Of a DNA stretch of 64,000 bases, positions 12,951-25,610 are shown piece by piece. This stretch comes from Amphiscolops sp. MND2022 (taxonomy: Eukaryota). The notes under the pieces were generated by a model. It ran no database searches and was not told the origin of the DNA. It worked only from the letters and a program-made list of their open reading frames with translations. How positions within the stretch are numbered: the stretch's first letter is position 1; each line of letters starts with the position of its first letter. Both the position numbers and the translations under genes were made by a program. The stretch spans positions 32,614,001-32,678,000 of the forward strand of contig OZ076409.1 in assembly GCA_964187785.1 (NCBI GenBank). The letters run 5' to 3'.

Positions 12951-15588
12951 ATTCAGAACAAAAATATTCTGAAATTTTCCCAGAGTTTCGTCCTCGGTAT
13001 TCCCAACAACTGGGAGCTAGGGTAGTATTTAGGGTAATGAAATCCCGGAAACAAGTACTCCTTTGTGTGAATTAGTTTTTTGAATCGGCCCAATGCAGTA
13101 GTTGCTTGATCTTTCTTCGTTACTTCTTATCTTTTTAGATTGTCTTGCGACATGCACTTTCAGAATTTTCGATAACGTTGAGCTCGAACCCATAACGATG
13201 GATCTCAGCGATTGTGTTTGCAGAGCAGTTCTCACGAAATTCTACAGAATTACAATGGAAATATTTGTCAAAAATCTTTTGCAGTGAGCTGGATAAAATG
13301 TTCATGAGAATCGCTTTGGAATTTCATAACTTGATGGTAGAGCCGTTTCCAAGTATAATTCTTCCACAAACTGATATACCTCGCAGCTGAGCCATATTCC
13401 TGATACATAGGCCAACTGCGCTGGTTTTGCAATCAAGTGCTTGTGAAATTGGTTTGTGGTAGTCTCTATTATGCTGTGGTGTCTTACTCGACTTCTTAAT
13501 CCAAGTTAGCAAGGGGAAAATCGCTATCTGTTGGCGCTCAAAAGTCGATAAAGACTTTGCGCTTCAAAATCAGAATTCCGTCAAAGTTTTCAGGGAAGGA
13601 CTTGGTGTTCAAATCAGAAATAGTCTCTTTTTTGGTGTTTCTGTCACAATTTAGCTCAATTTTACTGGTTGGTTACCGCGTTTGCGGTAATTCCTGCCGT
13701 TTCATCTTTGTTCATATTTCATCTGCCCATTTACAACTTTTACAAATTCTTCTTTCACAAGGAATACAGTTTCAATGACAATCGTTTGTATGGTTCCCAT
13801 GGAGCTGTCCTTGATTCTTGTTGCGATTTGAGGTACCAACTTTCCATCCTTTACCTGGTTGGAGAGAGAGAAAGCAACGCTGGAGAGATCAAATGTGCAT
13901 AATCCATACCGCCTCCGAAGAGATAACTTTAATCAGTTGTATAGTAATTTTAATTACTTATTTCGTTTTTTTGACAAACGCTTGAATTGAAATAAAATTA
14001 TTTGTTGAGACCTGAATCATTAGACCTGAAATATTTTCAGACTAACGGTATTCTGAAATGTTGAATGAAAAATTCTCTCTCTTTTGGTGTTTATGTCACT
14101 TTTAAGCTCAATTTTATTGGTTGGCAATTGAGTTTCCGAATTAGGATAAGATTCAAGTCAAAATTGTAGCTGAGGTCCACGCTCTCTTCGTAGTAATCCT
14201 GTTCAGTATCCACAGTAATGTCATTAATTTGTTTATGAAAACTGTAAAAATCACCTATTTTATACCTGAGGCAGCGGGATTATTGTTGTTATTTGTTCTG
14301 TAATTTGTTCTGACGTTCCACATTTTAAAAAACCGATTTTGTGAGCCACTTCGATTTTTGGTTACATTACGAACTTTGTGACCTCTGATATACTGATTGA
14401 ATGAGCTGCACTTGAAAGTTTTAGGTGTTTCCGTTTTCGAGACACCTTTTACTGCTTGGTAAAGTACCTCACGGATTTTTTAAAATTTTAATAGGTTACA
14501 ATCGTTGTACTACTACCAACCTGCCCTCAGTATGACTGAACTTTTGACTAAACTACATTAGCTGTCTTTGTGTAGCGTTGTTTTTTCGAGTTTTTCAACC
14601 AAATGATAGTCAATTTATGTGACCTTAAGATTGCAGTTGTTGTTTTAATAAATTATTATTTTCAAATAGACACAAGTATGATCTTTGCTTACTTACCAGT
14701 TATTTTGGCAATAGAGTTCAGATAATTCAAAAAAAAATAGAGAAACCAACTAGTTTTGAGCGCAAATGAACAAACAAAGTGAATTTGATTGGATTCAAAA
14801 TTCGACGTTAGTCACGCGCAATGGTGAAAAAACGCATAAAAACATGGTGAAAGTTTCGTTCAGTCCACGCATGGTTCGTAAACGGAATTCCGATTTCTTC
14901 GTCCGCTCATGAAGGTGGCTAAAGGTTTACGTTTTTGGCCGACTTCTTCGTTTATTCTTAATCGAGAGTAAATATGAAATAGTTCCATCTACTCTTGAAG
15001 CATCTACTTATGTATTTTTATGATAACCAAATAACATATTAGCAAACACAATTCAACAGAAAACTGAAATTTACTTTATATAACATGCAAATAAAACCGA
15101 AAATAAAACTAAAACTGAATCTTTTGTATTGTGAATGCTTTTGACCGTAATCAGTTTTAATTTTTCGAATTGGTGGAACTCATTTCAGTTATTTGAAAGA
15201 GATTTAGTTTTAATGACTTTTGCCCTTTTGTTACTTGGTCTACATTTGCGTGAAACAGAACTTCAATCGGCCCTACAGTGTACCAGTTAGTTTTTTAGTC
15301 GACACCAGTCGCTGATCTGTAGGGTAAGAACGTTAAAAGGCAACAAACTGCAACCACAGCTTTTCAATGAAATTTTTGTATATCAATGTTATTGGAAATA
15401 ATTTCATCCAAATTGATAATTCAATATTATTTTGAAAAACAAAACCCTCATCGCACCATTTCACGTTTTCATATTCACCATTTTGTCTGGTATAAAAATG
15501 AATTCTAATTGCATAGTCATGTAACAGAGGTCCTTAGTGGTAACTAATACTTGAGTTTATATCCAAACTGATACCGATCGTAACTAGA

Positions 15589-15660
15589 GGGTATATAGCT
15601 CAGTTGAATAGCATTCGGCTGCAGCCTAAGAGATCACTGGGTAGAATCCGGGTGCAACTT
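15589..15660 (+). pseudogene. Degenerate tRNA-Cys(GCA) pseudogene
   Basis: GGGTATATAGCTCAGTTGAATAGCATTCGGCTGCAGCCTAAGAGATCACTGGGTAGAATCCGGGTGCAACTT aligns by eye along its length to eukaryotic tRNA-Cys; B box (GGTTCGAATCC to GGTAGAATCC) and stems are damaged. Confidence 0.75.
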
Positions 15661-16380
15661 AACTTTTTTTGTTTGATGATTTCCCCAGAGATTTTCGAAA
15701 TTATCAAATTTGAAGCTTTTATCAGTAAGCTCTTATATGCAATATTTGAAGGCGGATTCAAATCTGCCTTCAAAAAAGATGTTCGATAAAGTGTGGTCCA
15801 CTAATTTTTTCACGAGGTGCCAGGTGTTATGAGAGCCAAAGGAAGTCCTAACAAACTTCACAGTAGATGGCCTGAAAAATATCGATTTTATTAGGCATGT
15901 AGAGACTGACTGTCTAGATACCCTTTTAATTAGTTTTGTAAATTCAAATGTAGTTAACTGCCCTTTTTGTTGAATACCTGTAGATGAAATTTTATATGCT
16001 TAGTTTTATAAAATTTGTAGTTTGTTTTATTTTTTTATTTACGGACAGTGGTGTTAAATGTCTCGCAGAATTTGGATCATTAAATTGAAATCAACAATAA
16101 GTCATTACTTCCATTTAGTCCATTCATCTACAACCGTGTTGTTAGTTACTTGGTTCACTAAACCAATTAGTAATTGGAGAGACGGTTACTTAGCCAGGTA
16201 CAACTTGATAAAATGTTCTAAACTAATTAGGTTGTTGCATGAGTGAAAGGATAAATTACCTTGCGGTAAGTTAAGAAACAAAGCAAGTTGTTCGTACATA
16301 GAGATAAAAGATACTAACAATAGAGTTGAATTCATTTCTCATACCATGTGGTCTATATGTCCCGCTTCTATATGTCCCAG

Positions 16381-16488
16381 GGTATGCGCTGTGTGCGGAA
16401 AGAAAGTTTTGACGAGAATGTGGATAATCCACAACCAACACATCCGGTGCTTCCAGTGCCGTCAAGCCTGGATCCGAGTAATTGAAAG
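16381..16488 (+). CDS. Putative small exon encoding a C-x2-C-x17-C-x2-C zinc finger
   Basis: Flanked by tcccag| and |gtaagt; open frame VCAVCGKKVLTRMWIIHNQHIRCFQCRQAWIRVIE; possible next acceptor ctctctttgcag at ~16742. Confidence 0.4.
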
Positions 16489-16924
16489 GTAAGTTTCACA
16501 GAATCTTGCTTTTGGAAACTGTTTTCGGAGCTGTTTTCACTTTTTCCTTTCGTTTATAAAATTTTGATGCGTCTTTTTTGACGTGTATGTATACCTGGAA
16601 TCATGGATACACACTTAGTTGCAAACTTAAAACAAGATAACTCGAAATAAACCTATTCATGATGTCGTTCGAAAATTATGAGCACTGTGATATACAGGGA
16701 ACCCGTTGACCTTGCCCACTGGGTAAAGTGCTCTCTTTGCAGGCAAGAAGGCTGCCTGCTCAGACTGAAACGATGAGTTAAACGATGGGGAAACAATTGT
16801 CACAATGTGAACCTGTTAGTGTACAATGTGGATTCTCAACCAACACGTCACAAGGTCACAATGTGAACCAGAGCTTTCTGAACTGTTTTTTATTGAATGA
16901 ATTTGTTTACTTGAAAATGGAAGG

Positions 16925-17105
16925 AAAAACAGCGTCGTGTAGTTTTTAGTAATTTCAAAAAAGGCTCTCCCAACAATAATTTTTTTCAAAAACATTTAGT
17001 AATTTCGGATTGTGATTTCGGGTAATTTCGAAACAAAAACAACGGGATGTGATTTCATATGGTTCCAACAAAAAACAGCGGGATGTGATTGCGAGTGTTT
17101 TCAAC
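16925..17105 (+). repeat. Tandem array A of the ~30-bp AAAACAACGGGATGTGATTTCG repeat family
   Basis: Several degenerate units with core CAACGGGATGTGATTTC. Confidence 0.8.
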
Positions 17106-17109
17106 AAAG

Positions 17110-18470
17110 TCGCTTTTCATTGTTGAAGCCACTTCTCGATGTCGGTCTAGCGCAGATTCGTCTCTGAATAATAGTAGGTAAACTCATTCTTCGGGTGCGA
17201 TGTAATCGATAGGCGATTGATTATTTCGAGCATCTTCCGAAGAGCGACTCTCCTACTTGATTAGGAACAGTATCGATAAGACCACTCCCGGTATAGATGT
17301 ATGACTACGAATGGTGCGAAATGGGGAAAGCTGAATTGATGTTTCAAGCCATCCTTGATCTCCTCCTCGGTAGCCAGGGCATTCCGAAAAAATGTTTTTC
17401 CTTTATGAAATTACATCCAAACGCGAAACTTTTTTCAGGGGTGTAGACAAAGTGCATCCTCTCACTCGGTAGAAAAGACAGTCACCACTTCTGAGCACTA
17501 CGTGCCAACTGTCACAATGTGTGGAAGCCAAAAATGTAGATGTTTTCAGGTCACTTCGTTGCCATTTGTCGAAAAATCTTTGATTGCTTTCAATTTTTTT
17601 TCATAATGTAAAAATGCTTTTTGCCCTTGACAACAACGTAAAAATAGATTTTTCAGAGAAATCTTGATGCCAATTTGGCGTTCCAGCCTCTGTCAAAAGA
17701 AAGTAATTACTGATTCCGACTGTGGAATCATATTGATGTCGACGAAAAGTGGGCAAAGCAGCCTTCAAGCGATGTCCATATGAAATATCGCGAACAAGGT
17801 CGGAAAGAGAGTATAAGAGTATATATGGGCCATATTGTTCAGGTGGCCTTCAATGTCCAAGTCAATCACGTTCATTGGATGATAATCTGCATGAAGCGCC
17901 TTGTTCTGGTTGTGAGTCAGAAGATCCATCAAATTAAAATTGTCCTCGAATTTTGCAGAGAAGAAAAGCAAACGTTTATCTTTCTCCTTAACGTAACGCT
18001 TTCCAAAACTTCAAGAAATCTCAACTCATCTTGGAGAATTTCAAGGCCAGGGAGAAGGTATGTCCCATTCCGTAACACAGCTGGTTTTGATTGACGAACA
18101 CGCAATTCTACTACTTCTGCACAAGAGACATCAAAATCGTTAGTGACGTTCTCCACGGTTGAAGACATAAACTATTAAATTGAGTAGAGATTGCCAGGTT
18201 GGATCGATCTGAACTGAAGTTGATTGTTCTGCTGGTGCAAATTCTTCCTCGCTAGGCTGGATCTGAACTGAAGTTGATTGTTCTGTTGGTGCAAGTTCTT
18301 CGTCGTCAGGTTGGATCTGAACTGAAGTTGATTGGGGTTGAAAGTCCTTGCACTTTGTTGTTACTTGATGGCGAGTCAGGTCATGGCGCCTCGTTAACAT
18401 AACTCCACAAAACTCGCACACGTACGAGCCTTTCAGTTTTTCTGAAAAACTTCCAAATGACCAATGCAAA
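17110..18470 (-). pseudogene. C2H2 zinc finger + JmjC histone demethylase (KDM2/KDM7-like), intronless, frameshifted
   Basis: Hand translation across frameshifts: CEFCGVMLTRRHDLTRH ... NYFLLTEAGTPNWHQDFSEKSIF/YVVVKGKKHFYI ... NQRFFDKWQRSDLKTSTFL ... VVLRSGDC/FLPSERMHFVYTPEKSFAFGCNF. Matches the KDM2/PHF8 pattern TDFHxDFGGTSVWYHxxxGxKxFW ... IPSGWIHAVYTP...FGGNF; HxD...H iron ligands are retained. Confidence 0.85.
18198..18335 (-). repeat. 60-nt coding tandem repeat (QSTSVQIQPxxEExAPxE, ~2.5 copies) between the Zn finger and JmjC
   Basis: GATCTGAACTGAAGTTGATTG recurs at 60-bp spacing. Confidence 0.9.
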
Positions 18471-18884
18471 ACGTTTTCTCTTCAGAAACCAAAAGTTTAC
18501 AGAGGGTTCACTGGAAACTGTTGTCGAATTTTCAACTGGTCTTTTTTTACTTTCTAGAAAGACGCTTTTAGGTATTGAAAAAACTAAGTGATAATGATAC
18601 AAAATCTGAAAATAGGTGGGGTAGATTCCAGGTCTTTGGGCTCGATTCCTTGCCTCTTGACAGCGTCAACTCTCTGCGAGGAAGTCTTCCTAGACAAATG
18701 CTGCTTCAGACGAATGGTGGTTTACCAAACTAATGCACACTCGGGGCAAGTACACTTTAGAACTTTCTGGGACTAGATTTTCTGGTGCGCTGAAAAAGCG
18801 ACACTCTTTCAGATTTTTTGAAAAGCTGAATATTTAATTGAAGATAAATATTTATCTAAATGAAAATACATGTAACTATATATC

Positions 18885-19345
18885 TTCAACAAAAAAAACA
18901 ATGAATGTAATTTCGAGCATGTTCCACGAGAAAAACACAACGGGATGTGATTTCGCTTGATTTCAGGGAGAAAACAACGGGATGTGATTTCGAGAAAATT
19001 CCACGAAAAATCAACGGGATGTGATTTCGAGAAAATTCAAGAAAAAACAACGGTTTATGATTTCGAGTGATTTCAACGAAAAAACAACGGGATGTGATTC
19101 CGAGAAAAATCAACGAAAAAACAACGGGATGTGATTTCCAGAAAATTCAACGGAAAAACAACGGGATATAGCTTCAAGAAAATTAAACAAAAAAAACGGG
19201 ATGTGATTTCGAGAACGTTCCACGAAAAAAATCAACGGGATGTGATTTCGAGTGATTTCAACGAGAAAACAACGGGATGTGATTTCGAGAGAATTCAACG
19301 AAAAAACAACAGGATGGGTTTACGGAAAAATTCAACGCAGGAAAC
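18885..19345 (+). repeat. Tandem array B of the ~30-bp repeat family
   Basis: About 14 units of AAAAACAACGGGATGTGATTTCGAGAAAATTC-like sequence. Confidence 0.93.
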
Positions 19346-19519
19346 GCAATTTTTAAAATCCTTATCTGAATCGAAAACCTAGTTTAAAAATAATCAAGTT
19401 TACACTGCCATGATGCTTCATGTCGATTGTAGAACCATCTTTTGTTGGAGTTGAACTCTTTGAAGCAATCAGCACAGGTGTATGTTCTTACGTTCTGATT
19501 TTGAATAACTTGTATGATT

Positions 19520-19690
19520 AAAAGATGGGGATTGATGAACTCATGACAGTTGCGGTAGGTTGGTCAATTTAGTTGATTAAACTAAAAGATAGGGAATTGA
19601 TGAACTGTTGACAGTTATTGTAGGATGATCAAAGTTAATTGAAAAACGTAAATGAATGGGAATTGAATGAACTAATGACAGTTAGTCAAT
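19520..19690 (+). repeat. Three-copy ~64-bp tandem repeat
   Basis: GGG(A/G)ATTGATGAACTnnTGACAGTT recurs at ~19527, ~19592 and ~19658. Confidence 0.8.
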
Positions 19691-21557
19691 AGTTCCTTTT
19701 AAACATGAGAGTTGTCTTCTCCTAGCAGTTTTTTAATTTGAAATTGTTGTACGGAGCACTGTAGAAGTTCGTTTCAGTTTTTTTTGAATTATAATATTTA
19801 TGATTATATTAAATATTTTAATAATAAAGTTAACAGAGCAAATCTGAACACGTCTTGGTAGTTTTAAGGACAACAGTCAAATGAAAATCGACTTCCGTTG
19901 TTCCTCAATACTTCTTTTCAGAATCTTCTAAATCATTCAATTCTCTTCACAACTTTCATTTTCTGCTGTGGATGACTCAAAGTAGTCCCAAAGCAACACC
20001 GAGTATTTGTTTGTTTCTTCAACAACAACATATTACGTTTTTCGAGTCAATCTATTTGTTTTTTTTTCGACATTACTTCTGACTTCTGCTGCGACTCCCC
20101 GACTTTGTTCATTCAATACTTTGCACAACCAGTTTCTAGCATGAAATTAGTTTCCAGTGTTGCTTTCAAAAAATGTTGTATGTGTCACTAAAAGTGCTTG
20201 TACAATTCGTAAACTTTCTGACGTAAACCCTCTAGAAACTGTGAAAATTATTTCCCATTATTAGTTTTTGCTCAAGTGTCTGATAGATACTGATAATAAT
20301 TTCCTGTTTTCTGCTCGTTTTCTCTGAGGTCTCAGGTACTTAGGAAGTTTATGGTTAGGATGATAATGAATTATTGATGTATGTTTTAGTTGTTTCCGTC
20401 TCTTCCTCCTTGGGAGTTTTTTGTTCCCATTATGCTTGTTTGTCCAGGCATCTAAGTTGTTACACTGCAACAAAGTACAATGAACAATACATTTGTCAAG
20501 TGACAAAAGCTGGCAATAACAATTTAAATACTCACGTCCAATTTGCTTGAGTAGATAGTTTTGTACTACTTTCTTCACTCTCAAAATACTTTTCTTTCAC
20601 TTCAGAAAAGTGCCTATTTCTGTACTAGATTTGATGAACTCGTCTACTATTCAGCTCTATTCAACGCACTATTCAAGTTTTTTAGACGTGAGAGTATATG
20701 TGGATTTCATGAGAGTTGATATGACATCTTTCAGACTGACAATTCTGAAGATTCTTGCTTTCTTTGTTTCGGTTCCATGCCCCGGTTCAATGAGTTGGGT
20801 AATAGTAGAGTTGGGTGATAGAGGATATGTGTTGAAGAAACCATAAATCATTCGAAGTAGTTGATCGTGTTTGTTGGCTCGTTGCAAAGCTGTTGACACC
20901 ACGACGCGGATGATCGCAGCCAGGTTGGGATTATAAAGAAATAATTCGAAAGATTGACAACTCAAACATTCGCAATCACAGAATTCTTCTAACATGTATT
21001 TCAGTTCACAAAACAAGTATCACCAGCACCTCAGTATCAAAAATGATAGTTTTAGACTTCTGGAGAGTTGTTTACAAAAAGAGACTTCTGGAAAAAAATC
21101 TTTTGATTCTACAAATTGATAATTTCATCCCTGGCTGCAATTGTGACCGCCGGTGGGTTTCTCATCGTTTTCTCACTAACTGCTTCTAGAAACTAACGAA
21201 ACAAAACCAGCCGGGAGCGGTCCAAGACAAAACAAAATGGTTCGGAGAAAAATGAGAAAATCAATTCTTCTGGTGGTTCGCATCGTGCCAAGAACTCTAA
21301 GTTGGAAAAAACTCTGCTTTTTTGATCGAAAGAAAGTAAAAGAGAATCAGCAATATAGCCAATTAGCAGCCGCGTTGTTTTTTTGTTACAACTAAAAGCG
21401 ACTCTATTTGTTTTCAAAAAGCTGAAGCCTTGCAAAAATTTCCCGATTTCCAAATTTACCTAAATTGGAAAGGACTTCGTTCTGTCTCCTGAATACGACA
21501 TCGGCAAGCCTACTTTTCGTCTTGGTTCTTTTTTTCTTGTCTCATTAAGATTCTCTG

Positions 21558-22420
21558 CTACTCGTCGTCTTTCAACGGGAATCCGGCCTCCTCATATCTC
21601 TTTTTTTCCAAATAGGAGACAGACCCTCTTGCGTTTTTGAACAGCGAGCAGACCTTCCTGGAATCCTCGCTCCATTCGGTAAGACACTTCCTGACTCTGA
21701 AGTTGAACATCGAAGTCTGGAACTTGGTGACCGCTCTACCCATCGGTGACTCACTTGGTGAGTTCCATGAATCGCGTTTTGGTGGGGCGCGAGGTATTCG
21801 TTGAGAGTATGGCACGAGTGGTGTTTGCTGCGCACGAGGCAGTTGCTGCGCAGTCGCTGGAGGGGCCTCTTGTGGTTGATGTAAGGGTGTCCGCGCATGT
21901 ATCGGGGGTGTCCAAACGGTCGATATCTGCAGACAGTCCCGGCCCATATAAAATCTGACGACAGTCTCAACGTTGTGGAAACTGGGCTCCAGTACTGGAA
22001 GTTCTGGCGGCTCATCTTCCAAATGCAAGTCCGACTGTTCATCAAGTGGGGCTTGTGACGATTTCTCGCAGAGGCTGTTTTCGTCCTTTCTTCGTAAATC
22101 TCCAGCACGAGCGCTCTTTCTTCTTCCGTGCTGTTCCGGTGCAAGTTTTTCTACCTCGCTGTCTTCTCACTCTGAGCGGTCTGAGCGAAGTGAGCTTGGT
22201 GAAGCCGTTGCTCACCTTGCTTTTTGTAACGTTCCAGAGACGCTCCCAGAACTTCCGAATCGAATTAGCATTGTAATATACTCTCTCGGTATAGTCTCCA
22301 AAAATTTCCTGGAAACTTTCTTTCATGGACGGTATAGTATTTGCCTGTTTTGTGGTTCGTCGTCGTCAGGGTATTTTCCATACTGTCAATTTCCTCAAAT
22401 TCTTCCCATTTTAATCCAGT
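21558..22420 (-). pseudogene. Tyrosine recombinase C-terminal relic (internally deleted)
   Basis: Hand translation: WEEFEEI...LTTTNHKTGKYY (catalytic Lys loop); YYNANSIRKFWE (HxxR-equivalent); AHFAQTAQSEKTAR*KNL (His/Tyr region with both residues substituted). Homologous to the HKTG motif of the 30428-31114 ORF. Confidence 0.7.
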
Positions 22421-23489
22421 TTTTAATCATTTTTAGAGAAGTATTCGGGAAAGTAATCAAGTTAAAAATTTCATCAAGGATGGTTTAGGTTTTCAATTCA
22501 GTTGGTTAAACAAAAACCTTTTGGTTACCTTAGTACACTTTCTACCGGCGGGGGGAGGTAGATTTGGCTGTTGATTCTAACTTTCAAAAGTATTTAAAAA
22601 CTTATTCATTCAAAGCTTCAACCCCCTTCTGAACTTTGTCTGTGAACTAACTGGATTTTTTCACCGTTTGAATGCTATCCATTGTGTTCTATGAAACTTT
22701 CTCTTAACAACCGGTGGTGGGCGTGTGGAATAACTAATAAATTTTTTGGGACTTCTGGTAAACCCGCCCCCGTCAACGATTTATCCCCCTTACCAGTAAT
22801 GAAGTCCTTTAATTTTCCCTATTCCTTCTAAACTACGACATTGAAAACTGTTGCTGAAGATTTGCTGGTTTTTATTTCGGTTCCATTCCAGAAGTGTCTT
22901 CGCATTCTCATGAAGGTATTTCAATGTTTCAATTTTTCACCCGTAAGGACCCCCCTTCTCAGCACATTATTATTTCTTTCTCTGTAAATGTAAATGGTTT
23001 GATTGGGTTGTTTATACCGCGTCTACATGTAATCATCAAGTTATTCAGCGCGTGCAGCACACATTGTTGAACAGTGTAAAGTTTTGTATTAAGTCTTGCT
23101 TTACAACGTGTATTAGATGGTACGTGCATTACAATGCGTGTTCGCTCAGTGTGTACATTATGCATATACTGGATGTCACTACATTTAGTGCATATGGTTA
23201 TGAACACGTAATCCACAATCAGAATTGTTTTCATAAAATTATGATTTTTTTTTCAATTTTGTGCTGCCTAAACTCCTCAAATCCTTTTGGCAGAATTCAT
23301 TTCTGTTACCGACCAAGTCTATAAAAAGAGTTTGTTTAAAAAATTTACATTTTCGTGGCTGCTACTGAGAGGTGGACAGGTTAGTCTTTGGTTTTTTTAA
23401 ACTTAAACTAGTTTCTGAAATTTGTTCAACATGAGTCCTTGCCCTCTCGTCACCGAATCGGTTTGTTTTCGTAATACAGAATTGAACAA

Positions 23490-24355
23490 TGCGTCTTGAT
23501 TTCGAGTAATGTGAATGAAAAAACAACGTGGTGTGATCGCGAGTGAAAGCACTGAAATCAACGTAGTTTGATTTCGAGTAAAAAAGCCAAATACCAAATG
23601 AGATTTCGAGTAAAATCAATTGAAAAGAAACAACCGTGTTTAATTTGATTAAATTCAACAAGAAACAACGGGTTGTGGTTTTCAGTTTTTTCAGTAAAAA
23701 CAACGGAAAAAGATGTGATTTCGAGTAGAAATAATGAAAAAAAACAGCGAGATGTGATTTCGAGTAGAAATAAGAAAAACAACGAGAAGTGTTTTCGAGT
23801 AGAAACAATGACAAAAACAAAGGGTTGTGATTTTGAGTAGAAATAATGAAAAAACAACGGGTTGTGATTTCGAGTAGAAATAATAAAACAACGGGATGTG
23901 TGTTCAAGTAGAAATAATGAAAAGAAAAACCGGATGTGATTCCGAGTAGATTCGAGAGAAAACGACTGGTTCTGACTTGGAATAGAAGAAATTAAAAACG
24001 CAATCGGATGTGATTTCGAATAGCAATAATGAAAAAAACCTCGGGATGTGATTTCATGTAGAAATAATCAAAAAAACATCGGGATTTGTTTTCGAGTAGA
24101 AATGAAGAAAACAACGGGTTGTGAATTCGAGTGAAAATAAAGAAACAAATAACGGATGGGATTTCGTGTAGAAATAATGAAACACAAACGGGATGTTATT
24201 TCGAGTAGAATTTTTGAAAAATACAATGGGATGTGATTTCGAGTAGAAATAATAAAAACAACGAAATATGTGTTCGGGTAGAAATAATGAAAAAAAACCA
24301 GATGTCTTTCCGAGTAAATTCGAAAAAACAACGGGATGTGATTTCGAGTAGAAAC
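23490..24355 (+). repeat. Tandem array C of the repeat family (~36-37-bp units)
   Basis: About 20 or more units of AAAACAACGGGATGTGATTTCGAGTAGAAATAATG. Confidence 0.93.
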
Positions 24356-25610
24356 TGACAATTTTTCGATTCCCACTAATGCACTTGGAAAAGTTTGTCT
24401 AGTAATCTGACAATTGACGAAGCGCTGAGCAACTTCAAAGTCCCTCGATGTTGGCAAAAAGCTCGACTTCGCTGCTACTCTGATTTCTGCTGGCAACGAA
24501 CTTCTTATCTCTGAGTTGGGCACATTTACAACAGTTTAACAGTTTTACTTGTTGACGGGCTTGTGGGTGACCAAAGAGGCAAATCGTGTGAAGCACTTTA
24601 CGCAATCATAAATACATTTCCTTTGTGACTTGGCGTTCCTGCATCTATAAAAAACCAAGCAGAAACGTCGCTGTCTTTTGTCAAATGTGTCTGAAAGCCT
24701 CTGAACCAGATGCCCATTGATTCGATTCACCACTGAATGGCAAACGAAGCACTCAACGCGGTCATCTGTTTTGATTTTCCTCTCGCAATTCTTCTGAACT
24801 TTGGCAGGAGTTGCAGGGGACGTGGTGGCAAAACGCCAAATTGATTGGACATTGGGCTTGTGGACGTGTCCGCTGAACTTCGCGGTGAATGTTGAGCAGA
24901 AACCTCAAGTACTTCGGCGGGAAGGGGCAATTGGTGCTCCTCCGTATTGCTACAGAATGGGGGCTTGGTTGAGCGGCAACGTCGATTGTCGCTGTCTTCT
25001 TGGAAGCGCACGAAGGGCATTTGCAGTCAACACTGCCAGGTCAAAAGTAGTCATCTAAGTTGCATACTGTTAGTTCTTCCCCTCGCACCGACGCGGTTTT
25101 AGTCTTTATAAAGACTATGGTTGAATTTCTCTTACCACGACAAGTGTACTGGCTACTGGGAATTTGGTTCGCAGTTTTGATTTATGGAACTTGCTGGGCC
25201 TAACTTAACCATGTCGTTGATTCCCAGCCTTTTGAAGTAGGAAAACTGGCTGGATTCTGACAGCTGGACCTTCTTCACTTTAGCACCGAATCCTTTCAAA
25301 CCCCCTATTTCGATGTCCTTCTGAATGTCTTCTGTCGCTATCACAGCCATTTCTGAGAAATCAGTGTAGTTTCCATACGATGGTATTCGTACATAATTCA
25401 CAAACTCCATGCTCTGAATGTAACTTGTGTAGATCATTGAATACAATTTAGCGTGCTTTTTGCCGCTCGAAATCAGCTGCTCCTCTTTAGGGTCTTGACA
25501 GAGTTTGGGATTTGTGGTGAAAACATCGTCAATGAGCTGCTTGTTAATTTTTGCATCCAAAAACCCAGAATCTGCCAGGCTTCGTGGCAATGCGTCGTTA
25601 TCAAATAGTC
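24356..25610 (-). pseudogene. Suv4-20/KMT5B-like SET methyltransferase with post-SET cysteines, followed by a Zn-finger region; truncated at array C
   Basis: AVIATEDIQKD...LKG...QFSYF...LGPASSINQNCEPN, then after a frameshift QYTC...GEELTVCNLDDYF*PGSVDCKCPSC (compare Suv4-20 LGPAAFINHDCRPN...GEEIxCxYGxxFFG...CECxTC). Downstream NRINGHLVQ...FYR...YDCVKCFTRF...HK resembles the Zn finger at 31250-31534. Confidence 0.8.

Noticed and set aside
15589..15660. Functional tRNA-Cys gene
   Set aside because: T-loop/B box, D-loop GG and acceptor stem are disrupted; kept only as a pseudogene.
18885..24355. 30-37-bp arrays as CRISPR arrays
   Set aside because: Units are contiguous and degenerate with no unique spacers; no cas genes; eukaryotic context.
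23362..24355. ORFs in three frames across the repeat arrays (also 18886-19382 and 27991-28263)
   Set aside because: They are translations of tandem repeats (STRNHI/LLEITSR), not proteins.
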